Notes: generated by a model not told the origin, from the sequence alone. A DNA stretch of 64,000 nucleotides from Chitinivibrionales bacterium (GCA_038247415.1 JBBRUX010000015.1:1-64000); one strand, 5' to 3'; positions 30,301 to 39,560 are shown, counted from the stretch's first letter. Program-made: numbers and translations.

Positions 30301-30841
30301 TAATAATCTTGAGATTATTCCTCAATATAAAATTCTTGTATATAATTCTCGTGAAATGTATGGGCCAAATTCAGGAGGAGATCCTTCGAATTTGAATGTA
30401 AACCTGAGGTATGATGCCAATCGAGATCTTCTGATTGATAGTCTTGATGATAAATCAGATCTAAATAATACTACCAATGCGCGTCAAGCCCGAGTTGCAT
30501 CAGAAAAATTTCGCAACGCAAATTTCACTCGAGTTTCAAATGTCCCTATTGTGCGGATAAATTATAAGATTGCAGAAAATACCCAGCTTCAATTTGGTGT
30601 TCAAGGGTATCAATTTCTCGATTTTGTTACGCCAAATAATAATGTTTTTTCTTGGACTTGGCTTGGGCAGGTCGTTGCTAAATCGAGTTATAAAGGATAC
30701 AATGTCACAATTTTTCTCGGCGCTCGACAAAAGGATGTGTATTATAATGCAAATGCATATGATCCCGTATTACAAACGGGCCAACCATTTCTCAGTCTGA
30801 AAAACTCTGAATTCTTTGTTCAAGTTTTCTCCGGAAGTTAA
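27398..30841 (+). CDS. Large exported, probable outer-membrane beta-barrel protein with Ca-binding-type Dx[DN]xDG repeats
   Basis: Signal peptide; many amphipathic beta-strands (YGVDFKGEIGGVNFKGEFAW, QLQFGVQG, FFVQVFSG); DRNRNGVPD, DLNHNSIPD, DYDLDGISD, DDNDDND; RBS AAGGAG. Confidence 0.7.
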   Translation: MNRTLSILTLSIILTIVGSSAQSLTDKLSESNNFYSNYGKEPYAKLKIEKDVIGLYDQFGEHITDGIFIYDLHNSDYNIHKTRDRTIPDSLAFSRSSEFQKSDFFDKFSNLVVTQDAIGGTKSSFILGDQIQTRFTPLTFNKVNFKGVRWDIWSSNLQFTGLLSRTSPGALAKKSTDAISLVEYPSTTESFPYNYYNIQGDQGPGGINGQNDFSSKSPFGDYNWLWALHAQQNIANKVDVGLTYINHHVSDTKKGEKWFEGDLPEGWMPREIHFEFFDATPLDSNDAGAYVNDVTMYINGSLVTSRSGYKNRNVYVGVPDSTLLPKELPLSRPQSGNIPVIVTFNTDPQTWKFTDGKQSLKSEREIKEINFKYIVAGQYTVFVSTSKQIPLGIQGTSDPQTGEIVYQNIDKSVEDIYNGDQNSPIKISAGTTSMGAIGPRFINSHSTTYFGSYIRQSAKQLPWTYEQFKDAILQPGFVDNPTSVDKYNLGKYEYKFGSNISSITYGVDFKGEIGGVNFKGEFAWNKKKDKFPGGDVIDSIGDFGRNNRWVGTLKLDKNLTPKMTIASDLYYISPDWKTNLDLLQASRYFKETNYKQFISINPDYAGGSLPDYLSYPKPFNAGWNNIDDNDDNDYYPENDVRRYPADQSADAQGAFYTDGKIKGSLQKLVRLPSNMYIPYDDIDGVVASKSDRNRNGVPDYLEDFLLFSSDPSVFEMGNDLNHNSIPDDQDDDLQPDYGHPVGSEITADGIKTTGIKGIRLNTKWTLSNNLTVDAGLVGESILDYDLDGISDAFQSVKVDHGDFFDKKSFELYNLISFQAVKRTEGIMYQLGNEFRATKDVIRDDVIRSRGLNGNGKYIVDYEFYIDPLDYRQAITDNIVGSVTYTNIKNFYYGIRAKIGLQGRIGIPDRQFSRPYSFYDNYSGNTIFAAVQDSYPTRFLTDLYLSNKVSYNFNFKIDEDDWRKSFMFLNNLEIIPQYKILVYNSREMYGPNSGGDPSNLNVNLRYDANRDLLIDSLDDKSDLNNTTNARQARVASEKFRNANFTRVSNVPIVRINYKIAENTQLQFGVQGYQFLDFVTPNNNVFSWTWLGQVVAKSSYKGYNVTIFLGARQKDVYYNANAYDPVLQTGQPFLSLKNSEFFVQVFSGS

Positions 30842-30864
30842 GCGACGATTAAAGAGGAGCTACT

Positions 30865-31383
30865 ATGAAAAATTTAAAGTGTCAAGCGTATTGCGTTGGG
30901 CTCATTGCTGTTATTATGGTGTCGTTATGCAGCGCACGAGATGGCGGAATTGTTATTGGTTCGGTGGCTTTTCCAGGTATGGGACAGCTCTCCAATGGGC
31001 AAACTGCTAAAGGACTTTCCATTATGGCATCCGAAGCGTTGCTTATTAGTTTAACATTTAATCAAATGGCAACCATGAATGCATCCGAATACGAAACCAA
31101 GTATCGCAAAATTGAATTTGAGCGAGGTGGGTCGTATACCGATGTAAACGAAACATTTGCACTATGGCAAGATGCATATAACCGAACAAATAAAGCAAAG
31201 GTTAATACGTGGGTTTTTGGAGGGTTGTCGGTTGGTTTGTGGGTGCTAAATATTGCCGATGCTTTCTTTTTTCAAAAAGAAACTGCAGACGTTGAAACGT
31301 CGTTATTGCATACCCTTCGAAAAAATATGCAACTTTCTGCAACAACTCAAGGTGCAACCTTAAATTATACAGTACAGTTTTAA
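30865..31383 (+). CDS. DUF5683-like membrane protein
   Basis: SVAFPGMGQL..KG hairpin; second hydrophobic WVLNIADAF; C-terminal LNYTVQF. Confidence 0.65.
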   Translation: MKNLKCQAYCVGLIAVIMVSLCSARDGGIVIGSVAFPGMGQLSNGQTAKGLSIMASEALLISLTFNQMATMNASEYETKYRKIEFERGGSYTDVNETFALWQDAYNRTNKAKVNTWVFGGLSVGLWVLNIADAFFFQKETADVETSLLHTLRKNMQLSATTQGATLNYTVQF

Positions 31384-31408
31384 TGTTAAAATATCAGAGG
31401 ATAAAGCT

Positions 31409-33523
31409 ATGAAAAACTTTTTATTATTTGGGCTGTGTGTTTGTCTTCTCATAGTATCGTGCGTAAATCCTATTGCGGTTGGTGAGAAGCTTGCCCCCAA
31501 TGAAGTACAAAATGTTAAGGTGAATTTTGACGCAGGACGTAATCAGGTACTGGTCACCTGGGATAAACTTCCAAATGATCAAGTAAGTTTTTATCAAATA
31601 TATCGGATAACGCTCGATAGCCTAGATCCTTCAATTGAATATCAAAATTGGCTTCCAACTGAACGTAGAGCTGCAATAAATAAAGATAGTAGCAGTTTTT
31701 GGGATGTGTTGGGCCTAAGCAATACAATTTACTGTTATGGAGTACGGGCTGCTGTAATATCTTTACGATATAATGGCTATGCTGATACCTCATATGGATT
31801 AATGAAAGCATCGGATTTAAAGCAAATTCCGGTTGGTGCTGACATTGGATTTAGCATAAATAATAACGCTTTGTTTACATCAGATGATCATGTGAAATTA
31901 GTAAATATTGATCCTGATTCCAGGCTTAAAAGTGTTAGATACACCAATAGTATTCACACTTTTTTGCGAAATAAGATTTCAGGAAATAAAGTAGAAGTTA
32001 ACTTTAGTGATCCAAAAAATCCTCCAGACACAAATTTCCTCAAGCAATTAGTTCCTACCTTTATTAAGGATTATACTTATACTCTTTTGACTGCAGATGT
32101 TGAAATGGTTGATATTCCCGATTTTGACGCTCCAGATTCCCTAAATATTGTTAAAAGTCAAGATCCGCCATTTGATGAGCAGCATAATTTTTTATGGCGA
32201 CTTAAGCATGGCAATGGTGATAAAAAAGTGTATGTAGAAAGAGCCTACAAAACAGATCTTCAAGGCAAAACGCAAAAAACCGATACTGTGGTTGATGATA
32301 TTAAAATTGCGCCCTATAGAATAAAAATGGACATTCGCAATCAAACCTCAGGCGCGAATATCACAATGCGTAAAGTAATTCAGACAGCGAGCGGGAATAT
32401 AGATTTATATGTGTATAAGCCATTTATCAATTTCTCTGTTTCGATTTTTGCAGATACTACTATCGAGCAAGATTTCTCATATTGGATTGCTATTGGTGAT
32501 AGTTCCCAAGGGCCCTTGGATGGCAAGGCAGCACAATTTCTTGAGACTGCTCCTCGCTTTGCAAAATTGACAGGTTTGGGCGCGACCCATGATGATGATA
32601 AGGTATATAGCTACTCGTTTGATCCTTCTAATGCCGAGGGAAAAGTCAATTTATCTCAATTGATTAAGACCTTAGGTAGGGGGCCGAATATTCCGGAAAT
32701 TGATGGAGGTCAGCTACCACCTTTGTTTAAACTTCGTGGTTCGAGCACACGGCTCAACGAAACTGCAGTTCCTGGCTCATATTATGGAAAAAATCCGCAG
32801 CGGTTGGTAGGAACAACGTTATCCGGGAGCCAATTAACAATATCTGGTACCCCGAATGAGCTGTATAATCGCATTTTAAATATGAGCAAAACGCAACGCT
32901 TTGTCTATGGGCAAAAAGAGGTTATAGTGTTTGCCAGATTTGTTGGAAAAAAATTTGGGGATACTCGTATGTGTACAATTGGATCTACTTTATCTGGCGA
33001 CCCGCTTCAAAAGCTTACTAAAACGCGTTTTGATTTATATGCGCCCGCAGTACTTTTTAATACAGATGTCACTTCAAGTACGACTCTTAATAATGCGTCT
33101 TTGCCAATAACTGCGCCATTTGTATTTGCATTGCAAGGATCAGGCGGGGTTAGAGATGGCGGTGCTGCTAATGTAGTAGGAATAGACTTAATCATATCAA
33201 AAGTTGACGATCAACTTAATTGGGTAACGCCAGTATATACGCCTCTTCCTCCAGGTACTATTCCTCCTATAATATTCGCAGACACGATATCGGTCGATTA
33301 TTTATTGGCTCAACGTCATAGTGTGTTCCCATTTCCTATAAAAACAATTTCAGCAAATATCGCTGGAGTGCAATGGAAACTTGATCCTTCCGATTGGCCA
33401 AGCGGCAGGTATCTTATGGCTGTTGTTACAAAAGATCAGTTTGGAAATACAGGACTCGCGCCAGCAACTTCAACAGCGCTTTTTTCAAATCCTTGGCTTG
33501 TTACGGTTCAAACGGGGAAATAA
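31409..33523 (+). CDS. Large lipoprotein with an N-terminal FN3-like domain
   Basis: Lipobox LIVSC; VLVTWD..FYQIYR..FWD..YCYGVRA; C-terminal Ig-like GRYLMAVVTKDQFGN. Confidence 0.75.
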   Translation: MKNFLLFGLCVCLLIVSCVNPIAVGEKLAPNEVQNVKVNFDAGRNQVLVTWDKLPNDQVSFYQIYRITLDSLDPSIEYQNWLPTERRAAINKDSSSFWDVLGLSNTIYCYGVRAAVISLRYNGYADTSYGLMKASDLKQIPVGADIGFSINNNALFTSDDHVKLVNIDPDSRLKSVRYTNSIHTFLRNKISGNKVEVNFSDPKNPPDTNFLKQLVPTFIKDYTYTLLTADVEMVDIPDFDAPDSLNIVKSQDPPFDEQHNFLWRLKHGNGDKKVYVERAYKTDLQGKTQKTDTVVDDIKIAPYRIKMDIRNQTSGANITMRKVIQTASGNIDLYVYKPFINFSVSIFADTTIEQDFSYWIAIGDSSQGPLDGKAAQFLETAPRFAKLTGLGATHDDDKVYSYSFDPSNAEGKVNLSQLIKTLGRGPNIPEIDGGQLPPLFKLRGSSTRLNETAVPGSYYGKNPQRLVGTTLSGSQLTISGTPNELYNRILNMSKTQRFVYGQKEVIVFARFVGKKFGDTRMCTIGSTLSGDPLQKLTKTRFDLYAPAVLFNTDVTSSTTLNNASLPITAPFVFALQGSGGVRDGGAANVVGIDLIISKVDDQLNWVTPVYTPLPPGTIPPIIFADTISVDYLLAQRHSVFPFPIKTISANIAGVQWKLDPSDWPSGRYLMAVVTKDQFGNTGLAPATSTALFSNPWLVTVQTGK

Positions 33524-33554
33524 TCATTTTTCTTTTAGTAGGCATTAAATTGTA

Positions 33555-36500
33555 ATGGGCATACTTATCAATATTATAGCGGTTGGCATAGCCGCATTGT
33601 TTCTTTCAATTCCGGTATTGAATAAGAATGTTTTTCATACGGTAAATATTGATAAAGTTATTGCCGAGGGCAAAGATGGTATTTCGGCAATTCAGGATCG
33701 ATTTGGCAAATCGGAATACGATTCTTCACGGGCGCGTGCCGATTATTTGATCGATCTTTTCCGCAGCGATTCGATCGTTTTTTTTACCCCCGATATCATA
33801 CAGTGGGATTCCGTTTACGCCCTCTATAATAAACCAGAATCTGATTTTGGCGCTACTATTCTCAAACTTCGGCTTAATGACGAAGATATTGATACCATGA
33901 AAGTCCGATGCGAAGCTATGGCTTTGCAAAGTAGTCCTTCCAAATCCGATTCGATTCGGGTTACTAAAAAGAAGATTCCCCCTTCATCAATTTTCGCCCT
34001 TAAAATTGTTAAAGTTCTTAATGTCCTTAAGGATAATCTTGGTTTTTATGTTGAGAATGCAGAACGTCTTGAAATAAGCAAGCATAAAGATCTGCGTGCA
34101 AAATTAGATGATTTGCTTGCAAAAGGTATACTTATAAAACTTTCGGATTCTTATACTATTAAAAAGAATATGACGGTTGTTGAGCTTGTCGCTCTTAAAA
34201 AATTTCACGGATTAATTCTCGAAAAAGTAGTTTTCCCGCGTTGGCTTTATAAAGATTTATTGAGAAATCGTGATTGGGCAAGTGAGTACATTGTACAAAC
34301 TGCCATGTATTTTGTTGGTGCGAGTTATTACGCTCAACAGGATTACGAAAAAGCAATCGAACAATACGATCTGCTTATAGAACAATATCCCAAAACGATA
34401 TATGCCGAAAATCTCTTTTTGCAAATTGGTCGATTGTTAACGACCCAGGGAACAGAGAGTATTTCAAAGGGTAAAAACACTGAAGCAATGGAACTTTTGC
34501 ATCGTGCAATTCGCTATCTCGAAAAAATAGAGCGCAACCGAGAAATAGCTCGTGATTTTCCCAAGTATCGAAATACAGAACTTAACCCTGGTGTATATGT
34601 CAATATCGATGAAGCATCTAAAGCCAAGCGCAATCTAAAAGAAAAATCAAAAATTTATACGCTCGCCCAAGAAAAAGCAGAACTTGCTCTCGAAGGAAAA
34701 AATGTAGAGAGCGGATCAACTCTCGAAGATGCTATTAAACAGATTGGTCAATGCTATATCCTTCTTGGATCCCCAGACTCTGCGCGGATGCAGTTTAGTT
34801 TGCTTGGACAGTTTTTTCCAGAATCGGATAACCTTGCCGAAGCTCAAAAACTTATTGCAGATTCGTATGTTAAAGAAGGCGATCTGGTTTTTGAAACTAA
34901 AGATAGTAGTAGTGAGTCTAAAAAAATTGCCTTTAATGCCTACGAAAAGGCAGTAAAAGAATATCTTAAATTTGTTAATATATTTTCACAAACTAAGCTT
35001 ATTTCCGATGTGTATATAGCTCTTGGGGACGTTTACAATAAGCTTGGCAAACCTGCCGAGGGCACCAAAGCATTTGCAGCCGCGCTGGATCTTTCTAAAG
35101 AAATCGAGAAAAAAGCAAATGTACAGCTTAAAATAGGAACGTACTATTTCGAGAAAAAACGGTTCGGTGAAGCTATTAAAGCCTATCAGGTAATTCTTAA
35201 TACCTTCATGTCAACAGAGGTTGCAGCAAATGCGCAGTATCTTTTAGGCGATTGCTACATTTCTCTTTCCGATACTACTAAGGCAATCGAAGCCTATAAG
35301 AGCGTTGTTGCTAATTTTAAAAAGTCTTCTTACTTTGCAGGTTCTGCAAAAAAAGTAGCCGACTGGAACTTTGCTCGCAAAAATTACAAAGAAGCTCTCC
35401 ATTACTATCTTAATGGTTATGTATACGATCAGAATGGCCCCCTCGCAGCACAATGTTTATTACAGGCGGGGCTTGTATGGGTTGCAATGGCGCAAGAGAG
35501 TACTGGCGAAGACCAGAAACAAAATTATGCCGAAGCGATAAAGCAATTCAATAAAATTATTGAAAATCCAGAATTTGTCAATATGCGTGAGTCTGATCAG
35601 GCCCGCTATCAACTCACCGAATGCTATGTTTTGCTAGGTAATCCCGATGCTGCTAAAAAAGCAAGCAAAGATATAAAAAGTCGTGATATTATTATTGCAT
35701 CTATAAAATTGATTGGTGTGGATGTAGATAATCCCGAAAAGGAGCTCGAGTACTGGGAAGGGCTTTATAAAGATGCCGTAGAAGATGAAGAACGGGCTTC
35801 GGTATTGTACGATAAAGCAATGATATTGCTTGACAAATTAAAAAGGCTTGACGAAGCAATGGCCGTATTTCGGCAAATTATTGGATATACTAAAGATGAA
35901 ACTAAAAACCTTAATGCTCGTATAGGAATTTCCAGAACGTTTATTGCTCAGAAATCGTACGCAGATGCAGAAACGACCATAGTCAATATTCTTAAAAACA
36001 CAAAATTGCAACCAGAATTAGCTAAACAGCTCCAGGTTCAATTGTACGATGTGTACTTTAAGAGTAAAGAATTTGATAAATCCTATGAAGGGTTTGATAA
36101 ATTTGTTACTTTAAATCCACAGCATGTGCTTGCGCCCTATGCTCAGTATCGTGTGGGGCTTATTTTTGCCGAACAAAAAGAAAACCAAAAATCAATTGAC
36201 GCTATGAAAGTTATTCTTTCAACATATGCAACATCGGACTATTTCGATAAAGCATCGTTAAGTATTGGCGACCAGCTTATTGCCATGGGAAAACCATCTG
36301 AGGGTGTAGATTATTTAGAAAAGTATCTTAAGAAACACCCGCTCGATTCTATTCCGTCGGCTCCAAATTTCTATATGAAAATTGCAGAAGGGTATTATAA
36401 AGGTCTTAATAATAAGGAAAAAGCTGCGGCTGCTTATAAGGCATTGCTCGACACATTTCCCGATGATCCTCTGTTTTCATACGCCTCGTATCAATTAGGA

Positions 36501-37406
36501 TCTATTTACAAAGACGAAGGCAAGGACAAAGAAGCAATTTCTACCTATGCGCGGGTTCTTAAAAAAGATGGCCAGATTTATCGCGCTTCACAAGCCGAAA
36601 TTGGAAAAATACTTTCAAAGACCGATCCCGAAGCGGCAATTAAGAATTATCAGGAGATTGTTGCTCAAAGTGAAACTGCGGAAGATAGTGCAATTGCTCT
36701 TATAGGAATTGGCGATGTTTATGTGGGCATGCAAAAATGGGAGTTAGCCGCTGCAACTTTTGAGAATGTTTATACTTTTTATAAAGGTAAAGAAAAGTCG
36801 ATGCTCGTTGGCGCACTTGTTAAATGGACTGATGCGCTTAATAATGCAAAAAAATATAAAGAAGCAATTGCAGCTGCTCAAATAATGCAACAAATGTTTC
36901 CCGATAGTGCATATACCGAAAATACCATGTATTTTGAAGCTGCTGCTTATATGGCGCTTAAAAACTATGCAGACTCACGCAAAGCATTTCAAAAACTTGT
37001 TGCAAGTGGAAAAAACCCAGTTCTTTTAGAAATTGCTTATTTGCAAAAAGCAGACTGTTTGTTTTTTGGCCAGAAAAAAGCTGAGGCGATTAGAGAATAC
37101 GATGAGTATCTTAAGAAATATCCAGAGGGCAAGTACAATGCGCAAGCGCTCTTTATGCAGGGCAATATTTATTGGGCAGATGATAATTTTGCCCTGGCTG
37201 CTAAAAAATTTGGAGATGTTGTAACTAAATATCCTACTTTTGCTGATGTGTGCAGTGCAAAAAATTATTATGCCTTTTCTCTTAATAAAATAGACAAGTG
37301 GAAAGATGCATTAAAAGTATATGGCGATGTTATTAAGGGAAATTGTGGGGCAGACCCGGTTAAATTTGCGCGGGAACATGCCGAATCTATAAAAACAGCT
37401 CATTAA
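33555..37406 (+). CDS. 1283-aa TPR-repeat protein with an N-terminal membrane anchor (CpoB/BamD-type TPRs)
   Basis: N-terminal hydrophobic helix; repeated motifs such as AQYLLGDCY, AQYRVGLIF, EYLKKYPEGKYNAQALFMQG. Confidence 0.88.
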   Translation: MGILINIIAVGIAALFLSIPVLNKNVFHTVNIDKVIAEGKDGISAIQDRFGKSEYDSSRARADYLIDLFRSDSIVFFTPDIIQWDSVYALYNKPESDFGATILKLRLNDEDIDTMKVRCEAMALQSSPSKSDSIRVTKKKIPPSSIFALKIVKVLNVLKDNLGFYVENAERLEISKHKDLRAKLDDLLAKGILIKLSDSYTIKKNMTVVELVALKKFHGLILEKVVFPRWLYKDLLRNRDWASEYIVQTAMYFVGASYYAQQDYEKAIEQYDLLIEQYPKTIYAENLFLQIGRLLTTQGTESISKGKNTEAMELLHRAIRYLEKIERNREIARDFPKYRNTELNPGVYVNIDEASKAKRNLKEKSKIYTLAQEKAELALEGKNVESGSTLEDAIKQIGQCYILLGSPDSARMQFSLLGQFFPESDNLAEAQKLIADSYVKEGDLVFETKDSSSESKKIAFNAYEKAVKEYLKFVNIFSQTKLISDVYIALGDVYNKLGKPAEGTKAFAAALDLSKEIEKKANVQLKIGTYYFEKKRFGEAIKAYQVILNTFMSTEVAANAQYLLGDCYISLSDTTKAIEAYKSVVANFKKSSYFAGSAKKVADWNFARKNYKEALHYYLNGYVYDQNGPLAAQCLLQAGLVWVAMAQESTGEDQKQNYAEAIKQFNKIIENPEFVNMRESDQARYQLTECYVLLGNPDAAKKASKDIKSRDIIIASIKLIGVDVDNPEKELEYWEGLYKDAVEDEERASVLYDKAMILLDKLKRLDEAMAVFRQIIGYTKDETKNLNARIGISRTFIAQKSYADAETTIVNILKNTKLQPELAKQLQVQLYDVYFKSKEFDKSYEGFDKFVTLNPQHVLAPYAQYRVGLIFAEQKENQKSIDAMKVILSTYATSDYFDKASLSIGDQLIAMGKPSEGVDYLEKYLKKHPLDSIPSAPNFYMKIAEGYYKGLNNKEKAAAAYKALLDTFPDDPLFSYASYQLGSIYKDEGKDKEAISTYARVLKKDGQIYRASQAEIGKILSKTDPEAAIKNYQEIVAQSETAEDSAIALIGIGDVYVGMQKWELAAATFENVYTFYKGKEKSMLVGALVKWTDALNNAKKYKEAIAAAQIMQQMFPDSAYTENTMYFEAAAYMALKNYADSRKAFQKLVASGKNPVLLEIAYLQKADCLFFGQKKAEAIREYDEYLKKYPEGKYNAQALFMQGNIYWADDNFALAAKKFGDVVTKYPTFADVCSAKNYYAFSLNKIDKWKDALKVYGDVIKGNCGADPVKFAREHAESIKTAH

Positions 37407-37433
37407 TAGTAAAACTTTTGTCAAGGAGCAGGT

Positions 37434-38114
37434 ATGACGGCTGGTGGAAAACTTAATCTTGTGGAGCTCTTTATTGCCGGTGGCTGGGTTATGTACCCAA
37501 TTGCCTTACTATCGGTAGTCATGATGGCAATTACACTTGAACGGCTTATTGTCATTTTTCTTGAAAAATGGAAATTTGCCCCTTCAAATGCTATTAAAAT
37601 TTTTGCTGCGGCTCTGGATAAACACGGAAATGATAAAGTAAAAGCAATTGATGAGATTACTCCTGTTCTCAAAAAGAAGGGAACTATTCTCTCGGAAATT
37701 CTTTTAACCATTATAGAAAAATATCATTATGCAAAAGATAAAAATTTAAGTCCAATGGAGATGAAATCGTGGCTTAAAAATGCTACTGAGGAAAAAGCTG
37801 GTGTTGAATTACCCGCGCTCGATGCACACTTAGGATGGCTTGCTATTATTTCAAACGTTGCAACATTGGTTGGGTTGTTTGGAACGGTTATTGGTATGAT
37901 CGAATCTTTTACTGCTATGTCTAATTCTGCTGGTGGTGTTAAGGCCGATGAAATGGCAGGTGGTATTGCCGTTGCGCTTGTTGCTACCGCCGGCGGATTG
38001 GTTGTTGCTGTTCCTTCTCTCCTTATTTTTAACTGGCTTAAAAACACCGCAGAAGCGCATGTTATACAAATAGAAGAAACAACCGTAAAAGTTATAGATA
38101 CTTTAGCAGAATAA
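37434..38114 (+). CDS. MotA/TolQ/ExbB proton-channel protein
   Basis: GGWVMYPI..ERL; ATLVGLFGTVIGMIESF; GGIAVALVATAGGLVVAVP. Confidence 0.93.
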   Translation: MTAGGKLNLVELFIAGGWVMYPIALLSVVMMAITLERLIVIFLEKWKFAPSNAIKIFAAALDKHGNDKVKAIDEITPVLKKKGTILSEILLTIIEKYHYAKDKNLSPMEMKSWLKNATEEKAGVELPALDAHLGWLAIISNVATLVGLFGTVIGMIESFTAMSNSAGGVKADEMAGGIAVALVATAGGLVVAVPSLLIFNWLKNTAEAHVIQIEETTVKVIDTLAE

Positions 38115-38135
38115 TAGAGCTGAGTTAGAAGAGCT

Positions 38136-38930
38136 ATGGGCTTTAAAAAAACTAAATTAAAAGCTGAGTCGAATATCAATCTAACCTCTATGATTGATGT
38201 AACAAGCTTTATTTTGCTCGCGCTTGCGATTCTTAATATTTCAATGAAAAAGGAAGCTTCGCTCGATAACCTTTTAAAGTTGCCGCCTGTCTATAATGCA
38301 TCTAAGCAAGATAAGTCTCAATTACAAATTTATATCATGCCTGCTTCTATCTTGCCGGGTGGGTATATAAATCCCGACTCGACAGGGCTTGTTGCATTTG
38401 TTGGGAAAGGAAAAGCCCCCGATAAATGTCCTCAATGTGGGCTGCAGCTACGCAATGAAAAAGGTGAATATCTGGCTCATTCACTCCTAGATCGCTTTAA
38501 AAAACCAATACCTTCAATGGAACCCTCATCTTCTGCCGAAGATCAGGATAAAGTATTAAATGAGCTACCACCTGCATATTGGTGCAGCAAGTGCAATTTT
38601 GAGATTAGTCCATACCTCAAGCTCGAGCAAATTCCCCAAGCATTGCACGATAAGAAAAAAGAGGTTGTGGATATAGAGGTTAAAGCGCGTAACTATTCGC
38701 GGCTTAAAAATAATTTACAGCCCTTAACAGAAAAAGAAATCAAAGATTCTATAGCCGACGATATCCCACTAATGATCAAGGCTGATAACCAGGCGTTTTA
38801 TGGTCGAATATTGCAGGTTGTAAATATGGCAAAAGATACGCTGTGTGATATTAAAAAATTTGCATTTGTGACGTTGGCATCTGCATCAAAAGAAGCTCAG
38901 AAAAAACCCGACGAAAAGAAAAAGAAATAG
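38136..38930 (+). CDS. ExbD/TolR-family protein with a long Cys4-containing insertion
   Basis: INLTSMIDV (conserved TM Asp21); C-terminal LMIKADNQAFYGRILQVVNMAK; insertion CPQC...CSKC. Confidence 0.85.
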   Translation: MGFKKTKLKAESNINLTSMIDVTSFILLALAILNISMKKEASLDNLLKLPPVYNASKQDKSQLQIYIMPASILPGGYINPDSTGLVAFVGKGKAPDKCPQCGLQLRNEKGEYLAHSLLDRFKKPIPSMEPSSSAEDQDKVLNELPPAYWCSKCNFEISPYLKLEQIPQALHDKKKEVVDIEVKARNYSRLKNNLQPLTEKEIKDSIADDIPLMIKADNQAFYGRILQVVNMAKDTLCDIKKFAFVTLASASKEAQKKPDEKKKK

Positions 38931-38940
38931 GCATAGTGTT

Positions 38941-39444
38941 ATGAAAATAAAAACCGATATGGAAGCAGATGTTAATATCACCGCGCTTATCGATTGTCTC
39001 ATGCAGTGCATCATTTTCTTTATGGTTATTATGTCGGCTCAGTATGTGTATGGTGTTGCAATTAAGTTTCCTCCTCCGGGTGCTGCAAAGGCAAAATCTG
39101 AGCAGAAACAAGAAAAAAATATTGTTGTGTATGTACAATCCGACGTTTTAGATCGCGCTGCAGATGGCAGCCATTACGTTCGGCAAGATGGCGTGGTCAA
39201 GCTCAATGGGGAAGAAATTGCACTGGCCGTTTCGGGCAATAGGACAAACTGGGAAAACGAACGCAAACGGGGCTTTGACGAATTAAAGTTTAAAATGGAT
39301 CAACGGCTTAAAGAGGGTTATAAAAATGATATTCTCCTTATACAGGGAGATATGAAAACGTACCATGGAAAAATCATGCATGTTATTGATATTGCCAAAG
39401 ATCTTAAAATTGATGGATTCTCTTTAGTACCTCCACAATCCTGA
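38941..39444 (+). CDS. ExbD/TolR-family protein
   Basis: VNITALIDCL..IFFMV (TM Asp18); LLIQGDMKTYHGKIMHVIDIAK. Confidence 0.88.
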   Translation: MKIKTDMEADVNITALIDCLMQCIIFFMVIMSAQYVYGVAIKFPPPGAAKAKSEQKQEKNIVVYVQSDVLDRAADGSHYVRQDGVVKLNGEEIALAVSGNRTNWENERKRGFDELKFKMDQRLKEGYKNDILLIQGDMKTYHGKIMHVIDIAKDLKIDGFSLVPPQS

Positions 39445-39481
39445 TCGTGCACAAGGGTTATTGAATTTCTTTGGTTTGTGT

Positions 39482-39509
39482 AAAGCGGAATCTTCTCCGC
39501 TTTTTTTTT
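39482..39509 (+). terminator. Rho-independent terminator closing the motor operon
   Basis: AAAGCGGA-atcttc-TCCGCTTT followed by a long T-run. Confidence 0.8.
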
Positions 39510-39560
39510 AGCATCGCACTTTTGAGGTTTGTTTCAAAGCCTTTACCTGGGTATATAAGA

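Noticed and set aside
37434..39444. Canonical tolQR, exbBD-tonB or flagellar motAB call
   Set aside because: No tolA/tolB/pal, no tonB, and no OmpA-like MotB domain, so gene symbols were withheld.
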